Of a DNA stretch of 64,000 nucleotides, positions 13,700-29,000 are shown one piece after another. A program made the position numbers and the translations under genes. This DNA is from Eledone cirrhosa. Its lineage: Eukaryota. The notes below the pieces were generated by a model. The model made no database searches. It was not told where the DNA came from and saw only the letters and a program-made list of their open reading frames with translations. The DNA lies in contig OZ024744.1 of assembly GCA_964016885.1 (NCBI GenBank), positions 116,684,001 through 116,748,000 of the forward strand. The letters run 5' to 3'. How positions within the stretch are numbered: the stretch's first letter is position 1; the number at the start of each line of letters is the position of its first letter.

Positions 13700-16600
13700 G
13701 TGAGATAATGACAATGGGAGATAATGACAATGTGAGATAATGACCAATGTGAGATAATGACAATGTGAGATAATGACCAATGTGACGTAATGACAATGTG
13801 AGATAATGACCAATGTGAGATAATGACAACGTGAGATAATGACAATGTGAGATACTGACCAATGTGAGATAATGACCAATGTGAGATAATGACAATGTGA
13901 GATAATGACCAATGTGAGGTAATGACAATGTGAGATAATGAGCAATGTGAGATAATGACAATGTGAGATAATGACAATGTGAGATAATGACAATGTGAGA
14001 TAATGACAATGTGAGATAATGACAATGTGAGATAATGACAATGTGAGATAATGACAATGTGAGATAATGACAATGTGAGATAACGACCAATGTGAGATAA
14101 TGACCAATGTGAGATAATGACAATGTGAGATAATGACAATGTGAGATAATGACCAATGTGAGATAATGACAATGTGAGATAATGACAATGTGAGATAATG
14201 ACCAATGTGAGATAATGTCCAATGTGAGATAATGAGAACGTGTGATAATGACTCACGTGAGATAATGACAATGGGAGATAATGACAATGTGAGATAATGA
14301 CAATGTGAGATAATGACCAATGTGAGATAATGACAATGTGAGATAATGAGAACGTGTGATAATGACTCACGTGAGATAATGACAATGGGAGATAATGACC
14401 AATGTGAGATAATGACCAATGTGAGATAATGACAATGTGAGATAATGACAACGTGAGATAATGACCAATGTGAGATAATGACAATGTGAGATAATGACAA
14501 TGTGAGATAATGACCAATGTGAGATAATGAACAATGTGAGATAATGAGAACGTGTGATAATGACTCACGTGAGATAATGACAATGGGAGATAATGACCAA
14601 TGTGAGATAATGACAATGTGAGATAATGACCAACGTGAGATAATGACAATGGGAGATAATGACAATGTGAGATAATGACCAATGTGAGATAATGACAATG
14701 TGAGATAATGACCAATGTGAGGTAATGACAATGTGAGATAATGACCAATGTGAGATAATGACAACGTGAGATAATGACAATGTGAGATAATGACCAATGT
14801 GAGATAATGACCAATGTGAGATAATGACAATGTGAGATAATGACAATGTGAGATAATGACCAACGTGAGATAATGACAATGTGAGATAATGACCAATGTG
14901 AGATAATGACAATGTGAGATAATGACAATGTGAGATAATGACAATGTGAGATAATGACAATGTGAGATAATGACCAATGTGAGATAATGACAATGTGAGA
15001 TAACGACAATGTGAGATAACGACCAATGTGAGATAATGACAATGTGAGATAATGACAATGTGAGATAATGACAATGTGAGATAATGACCAATGTGAGATA
15101 ATGACAATGTGAGATAATGACAATGTGAGATAATGACAATGTGAGATAATGACAATGTGAGATAATGACCAATGTGAGATAATGACAATGTGAGATAATG
15201 ACAATGTGAGATAATGACCAATATGAGATAATGACAATGTGAGATAATGACAACGTGAGATAATGACAATGTGAGATAATGACCAATGTGAGATAATGAC
15301 AATGTGAGATAATGACCAATGTGAGATAATGACCAATGTGAGATAATGACAATGTGAGATAATGACCAATGTGAGATAATGACAACGTGAGATAATGACA
15401 ATGTGAGATAATGACAATGTGAGATAATGACAATGTGAGATAATGACCAATGTGAGATAATGACAAAGTGAGATAATGACAATGTGAGATAATGACAATG
15501 TGAGATAATGACAATGTGAGATAATGAAAATGTGAGATAATGACAATGTGAGATAATGACAATGTGAGATAATGACCAATGTGAGATAATGACAAAGTGA
15601 GATAATGACAAGGTGAGATAATGACCAATGTGAGATAATGACAATGTGAGATAATGACAATGTGAGATAATGACCAACGTGAGATAATGACAATGGGAGA
15701 TAATGACAATGTGAGATAATGACCAATGTGAGATAATGACAATGTGAGATTATGACCAATGTCAGGTAATGACAATGTGAGATAATGACCAATGTGAGAT
15801 AATGACAACGTGAGATAATGACAATGTGAGATAATGACCAATGTGAGATAATGACCAATGTGAGATAATGACAATGTGAGATAATGACAATGTGAGATAA
15901 TGACCAATGTGAGATAATGACAATGTGAGATAATGACCAATGTGAGGTAATGACAATGTGAGATAATGAGCAATGTGAGATAATGACAATGTGAGATAAT
16001 GACAATGTGAGATAATGACAATGTGAGATAATGACCAATGTGAGATAATGACAATGTGAGATAATGACAATGTGAGATAATGACCAATGTGAGATAATGA
16101 CCATTGTGAGATAATGAGAACGTGTGATAATGATCACGTGAGATAATGACAATGGGAGATAATGACCAATGTGAGATAATGACCAATGTGAGATAATGAC
16201 AATGTGAGATAATGACAATGTGAGATAATGACCAATGTGAGATAATGACAATGTGAGATAATGACCAATGTGAGGTAATGACAATGTGAGATAATGAGCA
16301 ATGTGAGATAATGACAATGTGAGATAATGACAATGTGAGATAATGACAATGTGAGATAATGACAATGTGAGATAATGACAATGTGAGATAATGACCAATG
16401 TGAGATAATGACAATGTGAGATAACGCAATGTGAGATAACGACCAATGTGAGATAATGACAATGTGAGATAATGACAATGTGAGATAATGACAATGTGAG
16501 ATAATGACCAATGTGAGATAATGACAATGTGAGATAATGACCAAAGTGAGATAATGACAATGTGAGATAATGACAATGTGAGATAATGACCAATGTGAGA

Positions 16601-19600
16601 TAATGACAATGTGAGATAATGACAATGTGAGATAATGACCAATATGAGATAATGACAATGTGAGATAATGACAACGTGAGATAATGACAATGTGAGATAA
16701 TGACCAATGTGAGATAATGACAATGTGAGATAATGACCAATGTGAGATAATGACCAATGTGAGATAATGACAATGTGAGATAATGACCAATGTGAGATAA
16801 TGACAATGTGAGATAATGACAATGTGAGATAATGACCAATGTGAGATAATGACAAAGTGAGATAATGACAATGTGAGATAATGACAATGTGAGATAATGA
16901 CAATGTGAGATAATGAAAATGTGAGATAATGACAATGTGAGATAATGACAATGTGAGATAATGACCAATGTGAGATAATGACAAAGTGAGATAATGACAA
17001 GGTGAGATAATGACCAATGTGAGATAATGACAATGTGAGATAATGACAATGTGAGATAATGACCAACGTGAGATAATGACAATGGGAGATAATGACAATG
17101 TGAGATAATGACCAATGTGAGATAATGACAATGTGAGATAATGACCAATGTGAGGTAATGACAATGTGAGATAATGACCAATGTGAGATAATGACAACGT
17201 GAGATAATGACAATGTGAGATAATGACCAATGTGAGATAATGACCAATGTGAGATAATGACAATGTGAGATAATGACAATGTGAGATAATGACCAATGTG
17301 AGATGATGACAATGTGAGATAATGACCAATGTGAGGTAATGACAATGTGAGATAATGAGCAATGTGAGATAATGACAATGTGAGATAATGACAATGTGAG
17401 ATAATGACAATGTGAGATAATGACCAATGTGAGATAATGACAATGTGAGATAATGACAATGTGAGATAATGACCAATGTGAGATAATGACCAATGTGAGA
17501 TAATGAGAACGTGTGATAATGATCACGTGAGATAATGACAATGGGAGATAATGACCAATGTGAGATAATGACCAATGTGAGATAATGACAATGTGAGATA
17601 ATGACAATGTGAGATAATGACCAATGTGAGATAATGACAATGTGAGATAATGACAATGTGAGATAATGACCAATGTGAGATAATGACCAATGTGAGATAA
17701 TGAGAACGTGTGATAATGACTCACGTGAGATAATGACAATGGGAGATAATGACCAATGTGAGATAATGACAATGTGAGATAATGACCAACGTGAGATAAT
17801 GACAATGGGAGATAATGACAATGTGAGATAATGACCAATGTGAGATAATGACAATGTGAGATAATGACCAATGTGAGGTAATGACAATGTGAGATAATGA
17901 CCAATGTGAGATAATGACAACGTGAGATAATGACAACGTGAGATAATGACCAATGTGAGATAATGACCAATGTGAGATAATGACAATGTGAGATAATGAC
18001 AATGTGAGATAATGACCAATGTGAGATAATGACAATGTGAGATAATGACCAATGTGAGGTAATGACAATGTGAGATAATGAGTAATGTGAGATAATGACA
18101 ATGTGAGATAATGACAATGTGAGATAATGACAATGTGAGATAATGACAACGTGAGATAATGACGATGTGAGATAATGACCAATGTGAGATAATGACAATG
18201 TGAGATAATGACCAATGTGAGATAATGACCAATGTGAGATAATGACAACGTGAGATAATGACCAATGTGAGATAATGACAACGTGAGATAATGACAATGT
18301 GAGATAATGACAATGTGAGATAATGACAACATGAGATAATGACCAATGTGAGATAATGACAAAGTGAGATAATGACAATGTGAGATAATGACAATGTGAG
18401 ATAATGACAATGTGAGATAATGAAAATGTGAGATAATGACAATGTGAGATAATGACAATGTGAGATAATGACCAATGTGAGATAATGACAAAGTGAGATA
18501 ATGACAGGGTGAGATAATGACCAATGTGAGATAATGACAATGTGAGATAATGACAATGTGAGATAATGACCAACGTGAGATAATGACAATGGGAGATAAT
18601 GACAATGTGAGATAATGACCAATGTGAGATAATGACAATGTGAGATAATGACCAATGTGAGGTAATGACAATGTGAGATAATGACCAATGTGAGATAATG
18701 ACAACGTGAGATAATAACAATGTGAGATAATGACCAATGTGAGATAATGACCAATGTGAGATAATGACAATGTGAGATAATGACAATGTGAGATAATGAC
18801 CAATGTGAGATAATGACAATGTGAGATAATGACCAATGTGAGGTAATGACAATGTGAGATAATGAGCAATGTGAGATAATGACAATGTGAGATAATGACA
18901 ATGTGAGATAATGACAATGTGAGATAATGACCAATGTGAGATAATGACAATGTGAGATAATGACAATGTGAGATAATGACCAATGTGAGATAATGACCAA
19001 TGTGAGATAATGAGAACGTGTGATAATGATCACGTGAGATAATGACAATGGGAGATAATGACCAATGTGAGATAATGACCAATGTGAGATAATGACAATG
19101 TGAGATAATGACAATGTGAGATAATGACCAATGTGAGATAATGACAATGTGAGATAATGACAATGTGAGATAATGACCAATGTGAGATAATGACCAATGT
19201 GAGATAATGAGAACGTGTGATAATGACTCACGTGAGATAATGACAATGGGAGATAATGACCAATGTGAGATAATGACAATGTGAGATAATGACCAACGTG
19301 AGATAATGACAATGGGAGATAATGACAATGTGAGATAATGACCAATGTGAGATAATGACAATGTGAGATAATGACCAATGTGAGGTAATGACAATGTGAG
19401 ATAATGACCAATGTGAGATAATGACAACGTGAGATAATGACAACGTGAGATAATGACCAATGTGAGATAATGACCAATGTGAGATAATGACAATGTGAGA
19501 TAATGACAATGTGAGATAATGACCAATGTGAGATAATGACAATGTGAGATAATGACCAATGTGAGGTAATGACAATGTGAGATAATGAGTAATGTGAGAT

Positions 19601-22600
19601 AATGACAATGTGAGATAATGACAATGTGAGATAATGACAATGTGAGATAATGACCAATGTGAGATAATGACAATGTGAGATAATGACAATGTGAGATAAT
19701 GACAATGTGAGATAATGACAATGTGAGATAATGACCAATGTGAGATAATGACAAAGTGAGATAATGACAATGTGAGATAATGACAAAGTGAGATAATGAC
19801 CAATGTGAGATAATGACCAATGTGAGATAATGAAAATGTGAGATAATGACAATGTGAGATAATGACAATGTGAGATAATGACCAATGTGAGATAATGACC
19901 AATGTGAGATAATGACAATGTGAGATAATGACCAATGTGAGATAATGACCAATGGGAGATAATGACAATGTGAGATAATGACCAATGTGAGATAATGACC
20001 AATGGGAGATAATGACAATGTGAGATAATGACCAATGTGAGATAATGACCAATGGGAGATAATGACAATGTGAGATAATGACCAATGTGAGATAATGACA
20101 ATGTGAGATAATGACAATGTGAGATAATGACAATGTGAGATAATGACAATGTGAGATAATGACCAATGTGAGATAATGACCAATGTGAGATCATGAGCAA
20201 TGTGAGATAATGACAATGTGAGATAATGACAATGTGAGATAATGACCAATGTGAGATAATGACAATGTGAGATAATGACAATGTGAGATAATGACAATGT
20301 GAGATAATGACAATGTGAGATAATGACAATGTGAGATAATGACCAATGTGATATAATGACCAATGTGAGATAATGACCAATGTGAGATAATGACAATGTG
20401 AGATAATGACAATGTGAGATAATGAAAATGTGAGATAATGACCAATGTGAGATAATGACCAATGTGAGATAATGACAATTTGAGATAATGACAATATGAG
20501 ATAATGACCAATGTAAGATAATGACCAAGGTGAGATAATGACAATGTGAGATAATGACAATGTGAGATAATGACAATGCGAGATAATGACCAATGTGAGA
20601 TAATGACAATGTGAGATAATGACCAATGTGAGATAATGACAATGTGAGATAATGACAATGTGAGATAATGACCAATGTGATATAATGACAATGTGAGATA
20701 ATGACAATGTGAGATAATGACCAATGTAAGATAATGACCAATGTGAGATAATGACGATGTGAGATAATGACAATGTGAGATAATGACAATGTGAGATAAT
20801 GACCAATGTAAGATAATGACAATGTGAGATAATGACCAATGTTAGATAATGACCAATGTGAGATAATGACAATGTGAGATAATGACCAATGTAAGATAAT
20901 GACCAACGTGAGATTATGACAATGTGAGATAATGACAATGTGAGATAATGACAACGTGAGATAATGACAATGTGATATAATGACAATGTGACATAATGAC
21001 AAATGTGAGATAATGACAATGTGAGATAATGACCAATGTGAGATAATGACCAATGTGAGATAATGACAATGTGAGATAATGACCAATGTGAGATAATGAC
21101 AATGTGAGATAATGACAATGTGACATAATGACAATGTGAGATCATGACAATGTGAGATAATGACAATGTGAGATAATGACCAATGTGAGATAACGACCAA
21201 TGGGAGATAATGACAACGTGAGATAATGACAATGTGAGATAATGACAATGTGAGATAATGACAATGTGACATAATGACAATGTGAGATCATGACAATGTG
21301 TGATAATGATCACGTGAGATAATGACAATGGGAGATAATGACCAATGTGAGATAATGACCAATGTGAGATAATGACAGTGTGAGATAATGACAATGTGAG
21401 ATAATGACCAATGTGAGATAATGACAATGTGAGATAATGACAATGTGAGATAATGACCAATGTGAGATAATGACCAATGTGAGATAATGAGAACGTGTGA
21501 TAATGACTCACGTGAGATAATGACAATGGGAGATAATGACCAATGTGAGATAATGACAATGTGAGATAATGACCAACGTGAGATAATGACAATGGGAGAT
21601 AATGACAATGTGAGATAATGACCAATGTGAGATAATGACAATGTGAGATAATGACCAATGTGAGGTAATGACAATGTGAGATAATGACCAATGTGAGATA
21701 ATGACAACGTGAGATAATGACAACGTGAGATAATGACCAATGTGAGATAATGACCAATGTGAGATAATGACAAAGTGAGATAATGACAATGTGAGATAAT
21801 GACCAATGTGAGATAATGACAATGTAAGATAATGACCAATGTGAGGTAATGACAATGTGAGATAATGAGTAATGTGAGATAATGACAATGTGAGATAATG
21901 ACAATGTGAGATAATGACAATGTGAGATAATGACCAATGTGAGATAATGACAATGTGAGATAATGACAATGTGAGATAATGACAATGTGAGATAATGACA
22001 ATGTGAGATAATGACCAATGTGAGATAATGACAAAGTGAGATAATGACAATGTGAGATAATGACAAAGTGAGATAATGACCAATGTGAGATAATGACCAA
22101 TGTGAGATAATGAAAATGTGAGATAATGACAATGTGAGATAATGACAATGTGAGATAATGACCAATGTGAGATAATGACCAATGTGAGATAATGACAATG
22201 TGAGATAATGACCAATGTGAGATAATGACCAATGGGAGATAATGACAATGTGAGATAATGACCAATGTGAGATAATGACAATGTGAGATAATGACAATGT
22301 GAGATAATGACAATGTGAGATAATGACAATGTGAGATAATGACCAATGTGAGATAATGACCAATGTGAGATCATGAGCAATGTGAGATAATGACAATGTG
22401 AGATAATGACAATGTGAGATAATGACCAATGTGAGATAATGACAATGTGAGATAATGACAATGTGAGATAATGACAATGTGAGATAATGACAATGTGAGA
22501 TAATGACAATGTGAGATAATGAAAATGTGAGATAATGACCAATGTGATATAATGACCAATGTGAGATAATGACCAATGTGAGATAATGACAATGTGAGAT

Positions 22601-25600
22601 AATGACAATGTGAGATAATGAAAATGTGAGATAATGACCAATGTGAGATAATGACCAATGTGAGATAATGACAATTTGAGATAATGACAATATGAGATAA
22701 TGACCAATGTAAGATAATGACCAAGGTGAGATAATGACAATGTGAGATAATGACAATGTGAGATAATGACAATGCGAGATAATGACCAATGTGAGATAAT
22801 GACAATGTGAGATAATGACCAATGTGAGATAATGACAATGTGAGATAATGACAATGTGAGATAATGACCAATGTGATATAATGACAATGTGAGATAATGA
22901 CAATGTGAGATAATGACCAATGTAAGATAATGACCAATGTGAGATAATGACGATGTGAGATAATGACAATGTGAGATAATGACAATGTGAGATAATGACC
23001 AATGTAAGATAATGACAATGTGAGATAATGACCAATGTTAGATAATGACCAATGTGAGATAATGACAATGTGAGATAATGACCAATGTAAGATAATGACC
23101 AACGTGAGATTATGACAATGTGAGATAATGACAATGTGAGATAATGACAACGTGAGATAATGACAATGTGATATAATGACAATGTGACATAATGACAAAT
23201 GTGAGATAATGACAATGTGAGATAATGACCAATGTGAGATAATGACCAATGTGAGATAATGACAATGTGAGATAATGACCAATGTGAGATAATGACAATG
23301 TGAGATAATGACAATGTGACATAATGACAATGTGAGATCATGACAATGTGAGATAATGACAATGTGAGATAATGACCAATGTGAGATAATGACAATGTGA
23401 GATAATGACAATGTGAGATAATGACCAATGTGAGATAATGACAATGTGAGATAATGACCAATGTGAGATAATGACCAATGTGAGATAATGACAATGTGAG
23501 ATAATGACCAATGTGAGATCATGACAATGTGAGATAATGACAATGTGAGATAATGACCAATGTGAGATAATGACAATGTGAGATAATGGCAATGTGAGAT
23601 AATGACCAATGTGAGATAACGACCAATGGGAGATAATGACAATGTGAGATAATGACAATGTGAGATAATGACCAATATGAGATAATGACAATGTGAGATA
23701 ATGACCAATGTGAGATAACGACCAATGTGAGATAATGACCAATGTGAGATAATGACAATGTGAGATAATGACCAATGTGAGATAATGACAATGTGAGATA
23801 ATGACAATGTGAGATAATGACCAATGTGAGATAATGACCAATGTGAGATAATGACCAATGTGAGATAATGAACAATGTGAGATAATGACCAATGTGAGAT
23901 AATGACAATGTGAGATAATGACCAATGTGAGATAATGACCAATGTGAGATAATGACCAACGTGAGATAATGACAATGTGAGATAATGACCAATGTGAGAT
24001 AATGACCAATGTGAGATAATGACCAACGTGAGATTATTACCAATGTGAGATAATGAGCAATGTGAGATAATTAACAATGTGAGATAATGACAATATGAGA
24101 TAATGACAATGTGAGATAATGACAATGTGAGATAATGACAATGTGAGATAATGACCTATATGAGATAATGACAATGTGAGATAATGACAATGTGAGATAA
24201 TGACAATGTGAGATAATGACAATGTGAGATAATGACCAATGTGAGATAATGACAATGTGAGATAATGACAATGTGAGATAATGACCAATGTGAGATAATG
24301 ACAACGTGAGATAATGACAATGTGAGATAATGACAATGTGAGATAATGACAATGTGAGATAATGACCAATGTGAGATAATGACAAAGTGAGATAATGACA
24401 ATGTGAGATAATGACAATGTGAGATAATGACAATGTGAGATAATGAAAATGTGAGATAATGACAATGTGAGATAATGACAATGTGAGATAATGACCAATG
24501 TGAGATAATGACAAAGTGAGATAATGACAAGGTGAGATAATGACCAATGTGAGATAATGACAATGTGAGATAATGACAATGTGAGATAATGACCAACGTG
24601 AGATAATGACAATGGGAGATAATGACAATGTGAGATAATGACCAATGTGAGATAATGACAATGTGAGATAATGACCAATGTGAGGTAATGACAATGTGAG
24701 ATAATGACCAATGTGAGATAATGACAACGTGAGATAATGACAATGTGAGATAATGACCAATGTGAGATAATGACCAATGTGAGATAATGACAATGTGAGA
24801 TAATGACAATGTGAGATAATGACCAATGTGAGATAATGACAATGTGAGATAATGACCAATGTGAGGTAATGACAATGTGAGATAATGAGCAATGTGAGAT
24901 AATGACAATGTGAGATAATGACAATGTGAGATAATGACAATGTGAGATAATGACCAATGTGAGATAATGACAATGTGAGATAATGACAATGTGAGATAAT
25001 GACCAATGTGAGATAATGACCAATGTGAGATAATGAGAACGTGTGATAATGATCACGTGAGATAATGACAATGGGAGATAATGACCAATGTGAGATAATG
25101 ACCAATGTGAGATAATGACAATGTGAGATAATGACAATGTGAGATAATGACCAATGTGAGATAATGACAATGTGAGATAATGACAATGTGAGATAATGAC
25201 CAATGTGAGATAATGACCAATGTGAGATAATGAGAACGTGTGATAATGACTCACGTGAGATAATGACAATGGGAGATAATGACCAATGTGAGATAATGAC
25301 AATGTGAGATAATGACCAACGTGAGATAATGACAATGGGAGATAATGACAATGTGAGATAATGACCAATGTGAGATAATGACAATGTGAGATAATGACCA
25401 ATGTGAGGTAATGACAATGTGAGATAATGACCAATGTGAGATAATGACAACGTGAGATAATGACAACGTGAGATAATGACCAATGTGAGATAATGACCAA
25501 TGTGAGATAATGACAATGTGAGATAATGACAATGTGAGATAATGACCAATGTGAGATAATGACAATGTGAGATAATGACCAATGTGAGGTAATGACAATG

Positions 25601-28600
25601 TGAGATAATGAGTAATGTGAGATAATGACAATGTGAGATAATGACAATGTGAGATAATGACAATGTGAGATAATGACAACGTGAGATAATGACAATGTGA
25701 GATAATGACCAATGTGAGATAATGACAATGTGAGATAATGACCAATGTGAGATAATGACCAATGTGAGATAATGACAATGTGAGATAATGACCAATGTGA
25801 GATAATGACAACGTGAGATAATGACAATGTGAGATAATGACAATGTGAGATAATGACAACGTGAGATAATGACCAATGTGAGATAATGACAAAGTGAGAT
25901 AATGACAATGTGAGATAATGACAATGTGAGATAATGACAATGTGAGATAATGAAAATGTGAGATAATGACAATGTGAGATAATGACAATGTGAGATAATG
26001 ACCAATGTGAGATAATGACAAAGTGAGATAATGACAGGGTGAGATAATGACCAATGTGAGATAATGACAATGTGAGATAATGACAATGTGAGATAATGAC
26101 CAACGTGAGATAATGACAATGGGAGATAATGACAATGTGAGATAATGACCAATGTGAGATAATGACAATGTGAGATAATGACCAATGTGAGGTAATGACA
26201 ATGTGAGATAATGACCAATGTGAGATAATGACAACGTGAGATAATGACAATGTGAGATAATGACCAATGTGAGATAATGACCAATGTGAGATAATGACAA
26301 TGTGAGATAATGACAATGTGAGATAATGACCAATGTGAGATAATGACAATGTGAGATAATGACCAATGTGAGGTAATGACAATGTGAGATAATGAGCAAT
26401 GTGAGATAATGACAATGTGAGATAATGACAATGTGAGATAATGACAATGTGAGATAATGACCAATGTGAGATAATGACAATGTGAGATAATGACAATGTG
26501 AGATAATGACCAATGTGAGATAATGACCAATGTGAGATAATGAGAACGTGTGATAATGATCACGTGAGATAATGACAATGGGAGATAATGACCAATGTGA
26601 GATAATGACCAATGTGAGATAATGACAATGTGAGATAATGACAATGTGAGATAATGACCAATGTGAGATAATGACAATGTGAGATAATGACAATGTGAGA
26701 TAATGACCAATGTGAGATAATGACAAAGTGAGATAATGACAATGTGAGATAATGACAAAGTGAGATAATGACCAATGTGAGATAATGACCAATGTGAGAT
26801 AATGAAAATGTGAGATAATGACAATGTGAGATAATGACAATGTGAGATAATGACCAATGTGAGATAATGACCAATGTGAGATAATGACAATGTGAGATAA
26901 TGACCAATGTGAGATAATGACCAATGGGAGATAATGACAAAGTGAGATAATGACCAATGTGAGATAATGACCAATGGGAGATAATGACAATGTGAGATAA
27001 TGACCAATGTGAGATAATGACCAATGGGAGATAATGACAATGTGAGATAATGACCAATGTGAGATAATGACAATGTGAGATAATGACAATGTGAGATAAT
27101 GACAATGTGAGATAATGACAATGTGAGATAATGACCAATGTGAGATAATGACCAATGTGAGATCATGAGCAATGTGAGATAATGACAATGTGAGATAATG
27201 ACAATGTGAGATAATGACCAATGTGAGATAATGACAATGTGAGATAATGACAATGTGAGATAATGACAATGTGAGATAATGACAATGTGAGATAATGACA
27301 ATGTGAGATAATGAAAATGTGAGATAATGACCAATGTGATATAATGACCAATGTGAGATAATGACCAATGTGAGATAATGACAATGTGAGATAATGACAA
27401 TGTGAGATAATGAAAATGTGAGATAATGACCAATGTGAGATAATGACCAATGTGAGATAATGACAATTTGAGATAATGACAATATGAGATAATGACCAAT
27501 GTAAGATAATGACCAAGGTGAGATAATGACAATGTGAGATAATGACAATGTGAGATAATGACAATGCGAGATAATGACCAATGTGAGATAATGACAATGT
27601 GAGATAATGACCAATGTGAGATAATGACAATGTGAGATAATGACAATGTGAGATAATGACCAATGTGATATAATGACAATGTGAGATAATGACAATGTGA
27701 GATAATGACCAATGTAAGATAATGACCAATGTGAGATAATGACGATGTGAGATAATGACAATGTGAGATAATGACAATGTGAGATAATGACCAATGTAAG
27801 ATAATGACAATGTGAGATAATGACCAATGTTAGATAATGACCAATGTGAGATAATGACAATGTGAGATAATGACCAATGTAAGATAATGACCAACGTGAG
27901 ATTATGACAATGTGAGATAATGACAATGTGAGATAATGACAACGTGAGATAATGACAATGTGATATAATGACAATGTGACATAATGACAAATGTGAGATA
28001 ATGATAATGTGAGATAATGACCAATGTGAGATAATGACCAATGTGAGATAATGACAATGTGAGATAATGACCAATGTGAGATAATGACAATGTGAGATAA
28101 TGACAATGTGACATAATGACAATGTGAGATCATGACAATGTGAGATAATGACAATGTGAGATAATGACCAATGTGAGATAACGACCAATGGGAGATAATG
28201 ACAACGTGAGATAATGACAATGTGAGATAATGACAATGTGAGATAATGACAATGTGACATAATGACAATGTGAGATCATGACAATGTGAGATAATGACAA
28301 TGTGAGATAATGACCAATGTGAGATAATGACAATGTGAGATAATGACAATGTGAGATAATGACCAATGTGAGATAATGACAATGTGAGATAATGACCAAT
28401 GTGAGATAATGACCAATGTGAGATAATGACAATGTGAGATAATGACCAATGTGAGATCATGACAATGTGAGATAATGACAATGTGAGATAATGACCAATG
28501 TGAGATAATGACAATGTGAGATAATGGCAATGTGAGATAATGACCAATGTGAGATAACGACCAATGGGAGATAATGACAATGTGAGATAATGACCAATAT

Positions 28601-29000
28601 GAGATAATGACAATGTGAGATAATGACCAATGTGAGATAACGACCAATGTGAGATAATGACCAATGTGAGATAATGACAATGTGAGATAATGACCAATGT
28701 GAGATAATGACAATGTGAGATAATGACAATGTGAGATAATGACCAATGTGAGATAATGACCAATGTGAGATAATGACCAATGTGAGATAATGAACAATGT
28801 GAAATAATGACCAATGTGAGATAATGACAATGTGAGATAATGACCAATGTGAGATAATGACCAATGTGAGATAATGACCAACGTGAGATAATGACAATGT
28901 GAGATAATGACCAATGTGAGATAATGACCAATGTGAGATAATGACCAACGTGAGATTATTACCAATGTGAGATAATGAGCAATGTGAGATAATTAACAAT
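13700..29000 (+). repeat. Array domain B: insert-free relatives of the domain A unit with 1507-, 2280- and 7530-bp duplication offsets
   Basis: The landmark GAGAACGTGTGATAATGA(C)TCACGTG occurs at 17505/19012 and 17702/19209 (offset 1507), 19209/21489 (2280), and 17505/25035, 17702/25232, 19012/26542 (7530). Characteristic variants are GACAGGGTG and CAATGCGAG. Boundaries are approximate. Confidence 0.8.

Larger units (their letters stand above)
1..13700 (+). repeat. Array domain A: insert-bearing higher-order units of about 4.8, 3.9 and 2.4 kb
   Basis: The same ordered series of variant monomers recurs after each insert: GAAAATG, three CCAATGGG, CCAATATG-CCAATGGG-CAATGTTAG, CAATTTG-CAATATG-CCAATGTAAG. 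Block 2460-4670 matches 6405-8615 (offset 3945) almost exactly. Boundaries are approximate. Confidence 0.85.
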
